Below, piece by piece: positions 9,786-19,220 of a stretch of 64,000 bases of DNA; the stretch's first letter is position 1, and each line of letters begins with the position of its first letter. The DNA comes from a virus (Duplodnaviria; Caudoviricetes). The stretch is taken from positions 507 to 64,506 of IMG/VR virus record IMGVR_UViG_3300044825_000714; one strand, written 5' to 3'. The notes beneath the pieces are model-generated. The model ran no database searches, was not told where the DNA came from, and saw only the letters and a program-made list of their open reading frames with translations. Made by a program: the position numbers and the translations under genes.

Positions 9786-10246
9786 CCGTTGTATATGCTG
9801 TTGAGGACCCGGGGTCCTTTATCGAAGAGTTCAAGGTGATTGCACCTGCGCACTATGACGAACTGTGTGTCACCAAAGACTTTCCGATGGACCCGGACCT
9901 TGAGGCGTACGGCAGGTTGTGGACAGCGGGAATGCTCAAGTGCATCACGGCGCGGACCGATGGAGCGTTGATTGGGTATGTGATCTTCATCGTCCAACCG
10001 CATTTGCACTACAGGACATGCAAGACAGCGTTTGAGGATTTGTATTTCCTCAAGAAAGAACATCGACTGGGGCGTACCGGTATCCGGCTCTTCCAGTTTG
10101 CAGAGGAGGCACTGCGTGCCGATGGCGTCAATCGCGTCATCTTCCACACGAAGGTGCACTTGGACAACTCGCGGCTGTTTGAGTACTTGGGCTACAAGCA
10201 CACGGACAAGCTGTATACGAAAATTTTGAGCACGGAGCCGCTATGA
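9782..10246 (+). CDS. GNAT-family acyltransferase
   Basis: LIGYV...LYFLKKEHRLGRTGIRL acyl-CoA-binding motif and LFEYLGY; ATGA-coupled on both sides. Confidence 0.8.
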   Translation: MTVVYAVEDPGSFIEEFKVIAPAHYDELCVTKDFPMDPDLEAYGRLWTAGMLKCITARTDGALIGYVIFIVQPHLHYRTCKTAFEDLYFLKKEHRLGRTGIRLFQFAEEALRADGVNRVIFHTKVHLDNSRLFEYLGYKHTDKLYTKILSTEPL

Positions 10247-12375
10247 GCTACTCTCGTCAACAGCTTTACGCCATGGGGGAACCCTTTGGCGAGTGCGCTA
10301 CCCGCAAAGAAGGCGGGCGAATCATCTACGGCGGTGGCGGTGGCGGCAGCGCTCCCCCGGCTACTCAAACGCAGGTTTCTGACCTGCCGGACTGGGCCAA
10401 ACCTTCTGCGCAAAAGCTGCTCGGTAAAGCCGAGGCACTCACTGAGGCCGGAAGATACCAGCCGTTCCAAGGCGAGCGCGTTGCCGGTTTTTCTCCGCTT
10501 CAGCAGCAAGCGTTCCAAGGCGCGGCGCGTATGGATACCGGCCCTCAAGGCTTTGCGCAGCAGGTTCCGCAGTACATGTCCCCGTACATGCAGAACGTCA
10601 TCGATCGCGAGAAGATGGAGGCCGCTCGTGCCTCGCAGATTCTGGGCATGCAGCAGCAGGCTAAGGCTACGCAAGCCGGTGCGTTTGGCGGTTATCGGGA
10701 AGGTATTGAGCGCGCTGAGCGTGAGCGGGGGCTGCGCACCCAGTTGGCTGACATCCAGACTCGTGGTTTGCAGTCGGCATACGACCGCGCCGCTGATCAG
10801 TTCCGTACCGGCATCACGCAGGGTCTGGCCGTGGGCCAGCAACAGGCGCAGCTTGGCGGCGTTCAACAGCAGCGTGAACAGAGCATCCTGTCTCAGCAGT
10901 ATCAGGACTTCCTGAACCAGCAGCGCTATCCGTACCAGCAGCTTGAGTTCATGTCCAACATCCTGCGCGGCACTCCGATGGGCACGGTCCAGACGCTGTA
11001 CGGCGGACAGCCTAACGTGTTTGGTCAAATTGCTGGTCTTGGCGCTGGCTTGTATGGCGCATTTGGTCGTGCCGAGGGTGGCATGGTCAACTCTTATGCC
11101 GAAGGCGGTGTCACCAGCGATGCAAACGTCGAAGATATCCTGAGCAAACTCAGCGACCAGCAGTTGATGCAGGCCAAACAGGTTGCTTTGGCTCAGCGCG
11201 ACGTAGAACGTGCGCAAATGATTGATGCTGAGTTGGCTGAGCGCGCTTCGTTGCGCGGCGGTCTGGGTGGCGCGTTCAACATGCTGCCGCAGGAGCAGCA
11301 GGATGCTGTGACCGAGATGGCTGGTGGCGGCATCGTGGCGTTTTCAAACGGCGGAGATATTGATCCGTTGTCTTTGATTGGAGGAAATCCTCCCGAAAGC
11401 CGGAGCGTGAACCCGTTGGATCTTGGCCGAATTGCTCGTGGTGGCAAGTCGATTGAAGAGTACTACAGCGAGCCGCCGCCCCCGACCCCCGGCATCCCTC
11501 GCATGGCTGCTGCGCAGCCCGCTGCGCAAACTTACACCCGAAGAATGGGCGCACTCGCTCCGTCTGAGCGTCCGTCTGAGCGTCCAGTCGATGTTGTCAA
11601 AGGTCCGGCCAAAACCAAACCCGTCAATGATGTTACTGCCGCTGCTAACGCAGTAGCGAATGCTGCTGCTCAGACCACGGGCGTGAGCCGCACGGGCATG
11701 AAAGAGGCTTTCGAGGAAGGTCTCAGGCTCGTGAAAGACGAGAGGGGTGAAGCTGACTCCAAGCGGATGACTGAACTGATCAACCGGATCAGTAAGTCTG
11801 ACGCGCCGGACAAGATGGACATGCTGGCCAACTTTGGCTTCAAGATGGCTGAGGCCGCTACTGAAGGCGGAACGCTCCTGTCTGCCGCGTCAAAAGGCGC
11901 GCAAGTTATTCCGCAGATGCGCGCACAGGCTAAGAAAGAAGCCAAGGAAGCCCAACGTCTCGGTATTACGCTGGAGATGGAGAAGCTCAAACTTGACGCT
12001 GCTAACCGCAAGGGCGACCGCACTGCTGCATTGCAGCACGCGCAGAACATCCGGATCATGGAAGGCCAAGAAGCTCAACTGGCTGAAAATATCCGCGCTA
12101 ACCGCGAACGTGAACGCCTGCAAGGACGCCAAATCGCTGCAACTGAAAAGCGCTACGCCGCACAGCAGGACCGGATGGCGCAGGCCATGCTGGCTACTCG
12201 TAGATCGAACGCGCAGAAAGCGCTGGCGCAAGCCACCAAGGATTGGGGCGATCCGCTTAAAAATCAGGAACTGAAGAAACAGTACCCCACCATGCAGGCA
12301 TACCAGAAGGCACTTTTTGATGCGCTGCAACTACAATCATTGCCAGAGATGCGAGTGCTTCCGGATGAGGATTGA
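10243..12375 (+). CDS. Internal virion / DNA-pilot ejection protein 2
   Basis: Short leader then GGGGGG; Gln-rich helical region with YMSPY, AGAFGG and QYQDFLNQQRYPYQQL motifs. Confidence 0.65.
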   Translation: MSYSRQQLYAMGEPFGECATRKEGGRIIYGGGGGGSAPPATQTQVSDLPDWAKPSAQKLLGKAEALTEAGRYQPFQGERVAGFSPLQQQAFQGAARMDTGPQGFAQQVPQYMSPYMQNVIDREKMEAARASQILGMQQQAKATQAGAFGGYREGIERAERERGLRTQLADIQTRGLQSAYDRAADQFRTGITQGLAVGQQQAQLGGVQQQREQSILSQQYQDFLNQQRYPYQQLEFMSNILRGTPMGTVQTLYGGQPNVFGQIAGLGAGLYGAFGRAEGGMVNSYAEGGVTSDANVEDILSKLSDQQLMQAKQVALAQRDVERAQMIDAELAERASLRGGLGGAFNMLPQEQQDAVTEMAGGGIVAFSNGGDIDPLSLIGGNPPESRSVNPLDLGRIARGGKSIEEYYSEPPPPTPGIPRMAAAQPAAQTYTRRMGALAPSERPSERPVDVVKGPAKTKPVNDVTAAANAVANAAAQTTGVSRTGMKEAFEEGLRLVKDERGEADSKRMTELINRISKSDAPDKMDMLANFGFKMAEAATEGGTLLSAASKGAQVIPQMRAQAKKEAKEAQRLGITLEMEKLKLDAANRKGDRTAALQHAQNIRIMEGQEAQLAENIRANRERERLQGRQIAATEKRYAAQQDRMAQAMLATRRSNAQKALAQATKDWGDPLKNQELKKQYPTMQAYQKALFDALQLQSLPEMRVLPDED

Positions 12376-12378
12376 CGT

Positions 12379-15300
12379 ATGGCCATTTATACCTACAAGG
12401 CTCCGGGCGGTAAAACGATCCGACTTGAAGGACCTGCGGGGTTAACACAGGCCGACGTAAATCTTTACGGCGACAACATGTTCAAGACGGAGCCTGTTGC
12501 GGCTCCGGTGCCCGCTCCCGCTCCCAAGGGTGAGTCTGGCTTTATCCCGTCCATCATGCGCGCTGGCTACCAGACCAGTGCACTGCTTGGCGACGTGCTA
12601 CCTGCCATGGCGGCAAAAGCTGTCGGGGCGGAAGAGTATGCCAAGCGGCAGATGGGCGAAGCTGCGGCAACAATGCAGCGCGCGCAGGAGTTGTACCCTG
12701 CGGAAGTCCCGTCGTACAAAGACATCAAAGGCGTAGGCGATGCGCTCACCTACGTAAAAGAAGCTATTGGCGAGATGATTCCCTCGATCATCCCGTCTGT
12801 TTTGACTGGTGGTCTGGCAGGGGTTGCGGCACGTCCGGCGGTGGCTGCAGCGACGGCTGCGGCTAAAGAATATGCCGAGAAGCAGGTTGTAGAGGCTTTT
12901 GCAAAAGGGCCGATGCAGCAAGCCGTGCTCGAAAAGATTAAAAAAGATGCTCTTGCAGAGGGCATGAAGGCGGCGCAGAGGACCGCGCTCAAGTACCAAG
13001 CTGCGGGCGCGCTCACGGGTTCTGCGGCGCAGAACGTCCCTGAAGTCTTCCAGAACATCTACGAAGAGACTGGGAAGATGGAGCTTGCTCCCGCGTTGGT
13101 GGCGGGTGGCTTCAATTCGGTGCTGGATGCAATCATGCCGATCCAGCTTCTGCGCAAAGTCAATACGGCTGGCATCCCCAGAGAACAGATTATCGGTGCG
13201 TGGTACAAGCGTGCTGGCAAAGGGGCGGTAACTGGCTTCTTAACTGAGGGCGGCACGGAAGCCGTCCAAGAAATGTCCAGCGCAGCGGCTGAGAAGTTTG
13301 TTGATCAGAACAAGGACTTCTTCACCGAGAAGAACTTTGAGCGCTTTATCAATTCTGGCTTGAAGGGTGGCTTTGGTGGCGCTGCGGTCACCGCTACGGC
13401 AGATGTCCTGACGGGCAAAGCGCCAGAGAAAGTCACGCCCCCGAGCGAGAAGGAAGAAGTCGAGACTGAGCGCGAACTGCCCCCGCCGCCCGCAGGTGAG
13501 AAGAAGGTAAGACTGTCCAAGCTGGAGAGACTGCGCGAAGACCTCGCCGCGACTCAGGCCAGACTAAACGAGAACCTTGCCAAAGGGCGCAGGGGGACGA
13601 TGATCACTCGGTCTGAAGGCAAGATCGAGCGGCTCAAACGAGAGATTGCGGATGAGGAAGCCAAGGCGGCTGCTGAAGGAGCACCAAGTGTTGCAGAACC
13701 TATCCCGGGAGCAGGTGGAGCAGGCTTTGAAATTCTTAGCCCAACCGATGCCGGAGTCAGTGCCCCCGCCCCTCAAGGACCTGAACTTACTGGAGTGGCA
13801 CCTGCTCCAGCAACTGCTGGAGAACTTGCTGGAGGAAAAGCAGCAGCACCCGCTACAGTAACTCCGCCTCCCGCACCTCCGCCTCCCGCGCCTCCGCCTC
13901 CAAAGCCCCCGGCCCAAACCGACGAAGAACGTCTCAACAAACTGCTTGATGACGATCTGTTTTCTCGTGGTAGTGCCGCAGCACCTAGCCGCGCCGCGCA
14001 GATCAATGAAATAGGCAAGAAGTTTGGCCTGACCCGTAACGCTGGCGAAACTGATGAGGCGTTTGGTACGCGCATCAAAAATGCAATTGCGTTTGAGAAG
14101 CAGCGTGAGCCTGCTCCGGGCGAGACTGTGCCTCTGTCCGCGCTTCCGACCGAAGTTGTTGCGGCGCAGGAAGTCAAACCGTCTAAACCGTACCGCCCTG
14201 CCAAAGAGCAGCGCGAACTCTACGAAGAAACGCGCCAAGAGTTCAACCAGTACGTCGAGCCAGACGATCAACTGCCTGAGTACGAAGCGCTGACCGACGA
14301 TGAGCGGCGCGAGTACTTTCAGAACTACATCCAACGTAACACGCAGGAAGAGCACGATCAGGCAGCAGATGCGCTGTCCAACTACATCGCTGCCAAGCGT
14401 TCGGAGAGCCGCTCTCGTGGCGACGTTGATCTTGTCCGTGCCCGTCAGTCGTATCAGGCAAACCGCGATTCGTTTGGTCGGCAGACTGGGCTGGCCTATA
14501 ACTTTCCGGCATGGGGCGATCTGTCCCCTGAGTCCCAGCGTGCCTACGCAGCGATCAACAAGACCGACTCTGTCCAAGAACAGCATCTCGCATTTAGTAC
14601 GCTGAAGAAACAAATCCAGCGTGAGAAGGCGGAACAATCCAGCCGCGAAGCGCTGGAGCAAGCCGAAACCGACGCCACGCGCCAGATGCTGGCAGCGGCA
14701 GAGCGCGCCCGGAAGTCTCAGCCCGCAGGTAAGGGGGACATTCTTCCGGACAACATTCTCCAGAAGCTGCTGGCAGGTGACATCACTGCTGTACTGGACT
14801 ACATCAAGAACGAAGGTAATGGCCTTGCGCTCAAGCGCGGCTACGACCTGTTCCGTGTCAGAGGTCCGGGTGGCAAGCCCGTGCTGCGTCGTGGTGTGGT
14901 CAACATCCGTGACTCCGTAGCGATGGGCATCTTCCGTAGTCTGGCCTCGCGTCTGCTGGACGTGAGCGGGCTGAAGGTCAACGTCGTCTTTGACGAAAAC
15001 ATGGTCTACGGAGATGTCGCCAAGTACGACGCCGCGACCAATACTCTCTACGTCGGCCCGAATGGTCTGGACGAAGCCACAGTCCTGCATGAACTAACTC
15101 ATGCGGCGACGGTCAAGATTATCCACCAGTACTTCACCGACAAATCCAAGCTGGCTCCGCATGTCGTCAAGGCAGTGGAGCAGATGCAGAACATCGCGTC
15201 CGCAGCGCAGGCGCGGCTCGGCTCCAAGTACCTTAGCGCGTTTGAGAACCTGTACGAGTTCGTGGCCTACGCCATGACCGACATGGACTTCCAGTATGAC

Positions 15301-18300
15301 TTGGCGCAGATTCAAGTCTCCAAGCTGGCAACGGCCACCGAGAAAACTACCGAGACATTCTCTCCTATCCAGACTGAACTGGAGGCGCAACGCGAAGGCA
15401 AAGAAGGCGCGAAGCAGTACGACGGGTTCATGGATAACCTGTGGAACTCGTTCGTGGGCACGATGGCCTACATGTACAAGCTGTTCCGCCCCGGGCAGAC
15501 TGCGACCAAGATTCTGATGCCGACCGAGAAGTCTCGGCTTACGACCGCCAAGACGCAGCGTCAAGCAAAGCGGGAAGAAATCAGAGAAGAGATCGAGACT
15601 AAGAAGGTTGGCGAGGAAGAAGTCAAGGGCCTCACTGACAAAGAAAAAGCAGAGCTTGGCCTAGCGGAAAAGGAAGCGTTTGCTCCCGAGACTTTGTTTG
15701 ATAACCCCGAACAAATGCAAGAGGCCAAGATCAAGCCTCTACCCGGGGAGCTAAAGACCAAGGCTGGGATTACTAACCTCAAGCGCGAAATCCTGCGTGA
15801 ACCCGGCTATAAGGGTAACCTTCTGCTGGAGGCTGCGGCTGCGTTTGAAGTCCTGCTGGCAGCACCAGAAGGCGGCATTCAGCGGCTGGCTGGGCGTGAG
15901 GGCATCGGGGCTGAACTACCGTCTAGAGGCGCGGCGGCTGCTCCTACCGCTGGACCAAGAACCGACGAAGAAATTGCCGCCGAAGCCCTCAAGCAAGTTG
16001 AGATCAAAGAGCATGGGCTGAAGTCTCTGCGACAACTGCTGTTCTCCCGCCGTGGGTACGAGTGGTTCGTCAAGCAGTTCCAGAACGAGCGTCGTGTGGT
16101 CAAGCAAATCTCTGAGCGCGCTGAGCGCTTTGGGATGCTCCAGCGCGTGGGCGCAGGCATTAACGATGTTTGGGGCCAACTGACCCGCTCGACTGGCATG
16201 GCGGTTGACCTATACAACGTGCACGTGCGCGGGCTGTCGGAAGATGCTGACCGCGCTATCGAGGCGTACGCCAAGAAGAAAGGCATCCCGGTCAAGGAAG
16301 CGCTGTCTCGGTTGCACTTGATCTTTGAAGCGCGGCATGAGCCTGAGCGTCGGCAGGTGAAGTACCTGTTGCGCGTACCGCTGGACAACGATACCAAAAA
16401 CATCAACCTCGATGGACGAGCGTACACCCCTCAAGCGGCACGTGAAGAAATTCTGCGGAGGCTGGCTGATAACGATCTGAAGGGACGCACCCCCCAAGAC
16501 TATCGAGCCATGCTCGATCAAATTATTGCCGCCGGGTTGTTTGACAAAGCTGCGCCTGCCGCAGAACTTGACCCAAACAACTCCAAGTACAACGTCATTG
16601 CAGACCGCCCCGCATCGGAGATTGCTGCAATTAAAAACACGTTTGATCTTCCGGCAGATCGAGCTGAGATCGACGCGATTGACGCGGCGCTCAAGAAGCT
16701 GACCGAGAAGACCAAAGACCTGAACCGCGTGGCCAACTACTGGTCGCAGCCCGTGAATAACGTGGCGGAGTTCTACGGCTTCAAGAACTACGTGCCGTTC
16801 AAGGGTCGCAAGGGACTGGAGACTAGCGACCCCGAGATTGATTTGGGTAGCCAACGTCTGGGCGGCGAACTGCAAGATGCCCAGAACGCATTTGAAGGAC
16901 GCCTGACCGAATCCGAAAACCCGCTGCTTCAGATCAAAGCTGATGCAGCTACTGCCGCCATGCGCGCCGGACGCCGGGAACTGACGCTCGCCATCAAGAA
17001 CGCCGTCGAGCAAGGTATTCTCAAGGGTGATGTCGTCAAAACGATTGACTTCAAAGACCGCTACCTCAACACCGAACTGAAAAAAGAGTTTGGCGGTGAA
17101 AACAGCATCTTCCACTACAACAACGATGGCACCGTAGACATCATTAAGCTCGATGACAAGAACCAGCGTGAGGCAATTCGCCGCACGTACCGTGAGTCTT
17201 CGCCAATTCTTGATGTAGTCAACCAAATCACCAGTGGTATTGGTCAGAGCCACACCCGCTACAACCCGGCGTTTGCGCCGATGAACTATGTGCGTGACGC
17301 GCTCACAAACGCATTTACTCTGGGTGCCGAGATGGGTCCGGCTGCTGCTGGGCGCTTCCTGACCACGATTGCGCAGGACACGGTGTCCGGCGGATTCAAA
17401 AGCGCATTTCAGTTCTCCCGTCTGTATTCGGACGGCAAGTTCAACGAGCTTGAGCGCCTTGCCAGCAGGGACCCGTACTTTGCTGACATGCTGGAGTACG
17501 TCACTCTGGGTGGGCGCGTTTCGTACCTGCAAGGCGTAGCTGCCAAAGGCGCGCTAGATGGTCTGATGAAGGAAGTGGGCCGCAGCGGTGTGCTGCGCAC
17601 CAAAGATCAGATTGACAAGTTCTTCGACATCTACAACGACATCTTCGAACTGTCGGCCCGTACTTCCGCGTTCCGCACGATGAAGCAGCAGTTCCTCGCC
17701 AAAGGTGAGAGTCCGCAGGAGGCGGCGGTGCATGCTGCCGAATACGCCAAGAACTTCGCCAACTTCGAACAAGTCGGTCGCTGGGGCAAGGGCGCTGGTG
17801 CGCTGTTCATGTTCTTCCGTCCCGCCGCCACTGGCGCGGTGCGCGCTATCGATGCATTGCGTCCGGTCTTCGGGTTCAATGAAGATAAGTTCCGTGAAGA
17901 GGCCAAAGCTGAAGGTCGTACCGACGAACAGATTGATCGTGCAGTTGCCCAGATAAAGGTTGAACAGCGCAACGCCAGAGTCATGTCTGCGACGTTGGCT
18001 GGCTTCGGTGTCGCCATGTACATGCTGGCGGCAGCAATGTCTGGTGATGATGAAGAGAAGCGCAATAAAGTCGCTACGGATGACATGGCGCGCTGGACCC
18101 GTTTCGCACGGTTCCACATCCCCGGCACGGACATGATCATTCAGATTCCCTGGGGCTTCGGTCTGGGCGCGTTTGGTGCTGCCGGGGCGCAGATCGCTGC
18201 GGTTATGGGGGGCAACGCCACTATCAAGGACGCTCTGTCCAACATGACCACCATCGGTCTGGACTCGTTCCTGCCGCTGCCGTTCTCCCGCATCAGCCCG

Positions 18301-18999
18301 ATTGACAACTTCCCTGCGTTCATGATCGACTCGGTGACGCCCAGCATGGCGCGTCCGTTCCTTGAGTACGTGATGAACCTCGATGGTCTGGGCCGCGAGA
18401 TTTACAACAATCGGCAGTCGCGCTACGGCGACGCCTACACGGGCGGTGACAACATCCCCGAGATGTACAAGCTGGCAGCGCGTAAGCTGTTCGAACTGAC
18501 GGACGGGGCGGTGGACTGGAGCCCCAACACGATGTACTTCTTTGCCAGTAACTTCTTTGATGGCGGGGCCAAGATCGCAAGTACGGGGGTCAACCTTGCG
18601 CTCACGATGTCAGGCGAGAAGGACTTCGACCCCAAGAACGACACGCTGTTCCTGAGCAGCTTCATCGGCACCAAGTCCAACGTTGATGCCCGAGAGTTCA
18701 GCAAGGCAGAAGACTACATCAAGGGATTGGACAAGCGCATCAAATCGCTGGAGTCCAACCCAGACGCTCTGGCGCGGTTCGTGGAGAACAATCCTGAGCA
18801 GTACATGCTCGTGAAGTTCTACAACCAAGAAGTCAACGGCGCGCTCAAGAAGATTCGTGCCGCTGCTAACCAAGTCCGAGCCGACCCCGACATGTCCATC
18901 AAGGAGCGCAAGGCGCAGCTTCAGGAACTGATCCAGATGCAGAACACTGTCAAGCGCCGCCTCCTTGAAGGCTTTGAGACGCTAGGCTACGAACGCTAG
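12379..18999 (+). CDS. Giant internal virion / ejection protein (2206 aa) with zincin-like motif
   Basis: Last late gene; TVLHELTHAAT followed by EFVAYA; hydrophobic C-terminal region resembling polyvalent-protein LPD38 domains. Confidence 0.75.
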   Translation: MAIYTYKAPGGKTIRLEGPAGLTQADVNLYGDNMFKTEPVAAPVPAPAPKGESGFIPSIMRAGYQTSALLGDVLPAMAAKAVGAEEYAKRQMGEAAATMQRAQELYPAEVPSYKDIKGVGDALTYVKEAIGEMIPSIIPSVLTGGLAGVAARPAVAAATAAAKEYAEKQVVEAFAKGPMQQAVLEKIKKDALAEGMKAAQRTALKYQAAGALTGSAAQNVPEVFQNIYEETGKMELAPALVAGGFNSVLDAIMPIQLLRKVNTAGIPREQIIGAWYKRAGKGAVTGFLTEGGTEAVQEMSSAAAEKFVDQNKDFFTEKNFERFINSGLKGGFGGAAVTATADVLTGKAPEKVTPPSEKEEVETERELPPPPAGEKKVRLSKLERLREDLAATQARLNENLAKGRRGTMITRSEGKIERLKREIADEEAKAAAEGAPSVAEPIPGAGGAGFEILSPTDAGVSAPAPQGPELTGVAPAPATAGELAGGKAAAPATVTPPPAPPPPAPPPPKPPAQTDEERLNKLLDDDLFSRGSAAAPSRAAQINEIGKKFGLTRNAGETDEAFGTRIKNAIAFEKQREPAPGETVPLSALPTEVVAAQEVKPSKPYRPAKEQRELYEETRQEFNQYVEPDDQLPEYEALTDDERREYFQNYIQRNTQEEHDQAADALSNYIAAKRSESRSRGDVDLVRARQSYQANRDSFGRQTGLAYNFPAWGDLSPESQRAYAAINKTDSVQEQHLAFSTLKKQIQREKAEQSSREALEQAETDATRQMLAAAERARKSQPAGKGDILPDNILQKLLAGDITAVLDYIKNEGNGLALKRGYDLFRVRGPGGKPVLRRGVVNIRDSVAMGIFRSLASRLLDVSGLKVNVVFDENMVYGDVAKYDAATNTLYVGPNGLDEATVLHELTHAATVKIIHQYFTDKSKLAPHVVKAVEQMQNIASAAQARLGSKYLSAFENLYEFVAYAMTDMDFQYDLAQIQVSKLATATEKTTETFSPIQTELEAQREGKEGAKQYDGFMDNLWNSFVGTMAYMYKLFRPGQTATKILMPTEKSRLTTAKTQRQAKREEIREEIETKKVGEEEVKGLTDKEKAELGLAEKEAFAPETLFDNPEQMQEAKIKPLPGELKTKAGITNLKREILREPGYKGNLLLEAAAAFEVLLAAPEGGIQRLAGREGIGAELPSRGAAAAPTAGPRTDEEIAAEALKQVEIKEHGLKSLRQLLFSRRGYEWFVKQFQNERRVVKQISERAERFGMLQRVGAGINDVWGQLTRSTGMAVDLYNVHVRGLSEDADRAIEAYAKKKGIPVKEALSRLHLIFEARHEPERRQVKYLLRVPLDNDTKNINLDGRAYTPQAAREEILRRLADNDLKGRTPQDYRAMLDQIIAAGLFDKAAPAAELDPNNSKYNVIADRPASEIAAIKNTFDLPADRAEIDAIDAALKKLTEKTKDLNRVANYWSQPVNNVAEFYGFKNYVPFKGRKGLETSDPEIDLGSQRLGGELQDAQNAFEGRLTESENPLLQIKADAATAAMRAGRRELTLAIKNAVEQGILKGDVVKTIDFKDRYLNTELKKEFGGENSIFHYNNDGTVDIIKLDDKNQREAIRRTYRESSPILDVVNQITSGIGQSHTRYNPAFAPMNYVRDALTNAFTLGAEMGPAAAGRFLTTIAQDTVSGGFKSAFQFSRLYSDGKFNELERLASRDPYFADMLEYVTLGGRVSYLQGVAAKGALDGLMKEVGRSGVLRTKDQIDKFFDIYNDIFELSARTSAFRTMKQQFLAKGESPQEAAVHAAEYAKNFANFEQVGRWGKGAGALFMFFRPAATGAVRAIDALRPVFGFNEDKFREEAKAEGRTDEQIDRAVAQIKVEQRNARVMSATLAGFGVAMYMLAAAMSGDDEEKRNKVATDDMARWTRFARFHIPGTDMIIQIPWGFGLGAFGAAGAQIAAVMGGNATIKDALSNMTTIGLDSFLPLPFSRISPIDNFPAFMIDSVTPSMARPFLEYVMNLDGLGREIYNNRQSRYGDAYTGGDNIPEMYKLAARKLFELTDGAVDWSPNTMYFFASNFFDGGAKIASTGVNLALTMSGEKDFDPKNDTLFLSSFIGTKSNVDAREFSKAEDYIKGLDKRIKSLESNPDALARFVENNPEQYMLVKFYNQEVNGALKKIRAAANQVRADPDMSIKERKAQLQELIQMQNTVKRRLLEGFETLGYER
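13688..13861 (+). CDS. Nested +1-frame small helical protein (57 aa)
   Basis: AAGGAG-6 nt-GTG start; GC3-rich codons in the nested frame while the host frame becomes A/T-ending and low complexity. Confidence 0.65.
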   Translation: MLQNLSREQVEQALKFLAQPMPESVPPPLKDLNLLEWHLLQQLLENLLEEKQQHPLQ

Positions 19000-19220
19000 G
19001 CGATACGCCAAGCCCGCACACCGAGGACATCGTCCTCTGTGCGGGTGTATACCTTCATCTTGTAGCCCTGCTTCTTCGCCGCCGTGTCGATCACGTAGGA
19101 CATGTAAGCGGGTTGCATTGTCGGGATGAAGAAGCTGTCCCCGACCCCCATGCCGGGGAACGGGAATATCCAGACAGGCTCGTCATACGACAGGTTCTGC
19201 GGGGGCGGCTTCTTGCTCAT
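18996..19220 (-). CDS. Small putative DNA-binding protein
   Basis: FPFPGMGVGDSFFIP...GVRAWR motif seen in small phage proteins; overlaps primase 3' end. Confidence 0.6.
   Translation of the reverse strand: MSKKPPPQNLSYDEPVWIFPFPGMGVGDSFFIPTMQPAYMSYVIDTAAKKQGYKMKVYTRTEDDVLGVRAWRIA

Noticed and set aside
13564-17532. Long antisense ORFs (13564-15090, 16210-17532; likewise 47547-49127 and 36966-38015)
   Set aside because: Shadow frames of GC3-biased genes, with no RBS or recognisable motifs
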